Shown here: one piece after another, positions 19,865 to 20,000 of the stretch
Position numbering within the stretch: the first letter of the stretch is position 1
How the letters are laid out: each line of letters opens with the position of its first letter
DNA from: Lama guanicoe
Taxonomy: Eukaryota
NCBI GenBank assembly: GCA_013239625.1
Contig: MU053487.1
Coordinates: forward strand, 3,740,186 to 3,760,185
DNA length: 20,000 bases
Reading direction: 5' to 3'
Translations under genes and position numbers: made by a program
Notes under the pieces: generated by a model
What the model was told of the DNA's origin: nothing
Database searches by the model: none
Seen by the model: only the letters and a program-made list of their open reading frames with translations

Positions 19865-20000
19865 TTTTTTTCCCCCACAGGCTTATTGAAGTGTATTTGA
19901 CATACCGTGAACTGCACATACTTGAATACAATTTGATAAATTTTGACATAATTATTCCCTTGTAAAACCATCACTGTGATCAAGATAGTAAACATATTCA
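19865..20000 (-). mobile_element. Old L1M (L1MB/MC-like) 3' end, continuing beyond the window
   Basis: TTATTGAAGTGTATTTGACATACCGTGAACTGCACATA...TACAATTTGATAAATTTTGACATA...AAACCATCACTGTGATCAAGATAGTAAACATATTCA. Confidence 0.8.

Overview
Mammalian genomic DNA, intergenic or deep intronic, with no protein-coding exon I can support. A tRNA-Ala-derived SINE resembling camelid Vic-1 and camelid/artiodactyl-type L1 3' ends suggest a camel, alpaca or llama. Repeat family names are recognised from memory, not from a database search. A large share of the window is recognisable transposon fossil: a MER21-like ERVL solo LTR carrying the SINE, three MaLR (MLT1) LTRs, an LTR33-like element split by one of them, four MER5-type hAT MITEs, many MIR and L2 fragments, and two relatively young 5'-truncated L1 copies in inverted orientation. 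The only ORFs with real protein homology are disabled L1 ORF2 C-terminal fragments. There is a 99-N assembly gap inside the first L1. I found no convincing new biological system. The most interesting observations are a four-level nested insertion stack, the inverted L1 pair (one copy predicts the other's gap), reciprocal CpG decay in two target-site duplications (TSDs), a candidate recursive splice site and a few enhancer-like unique segments.
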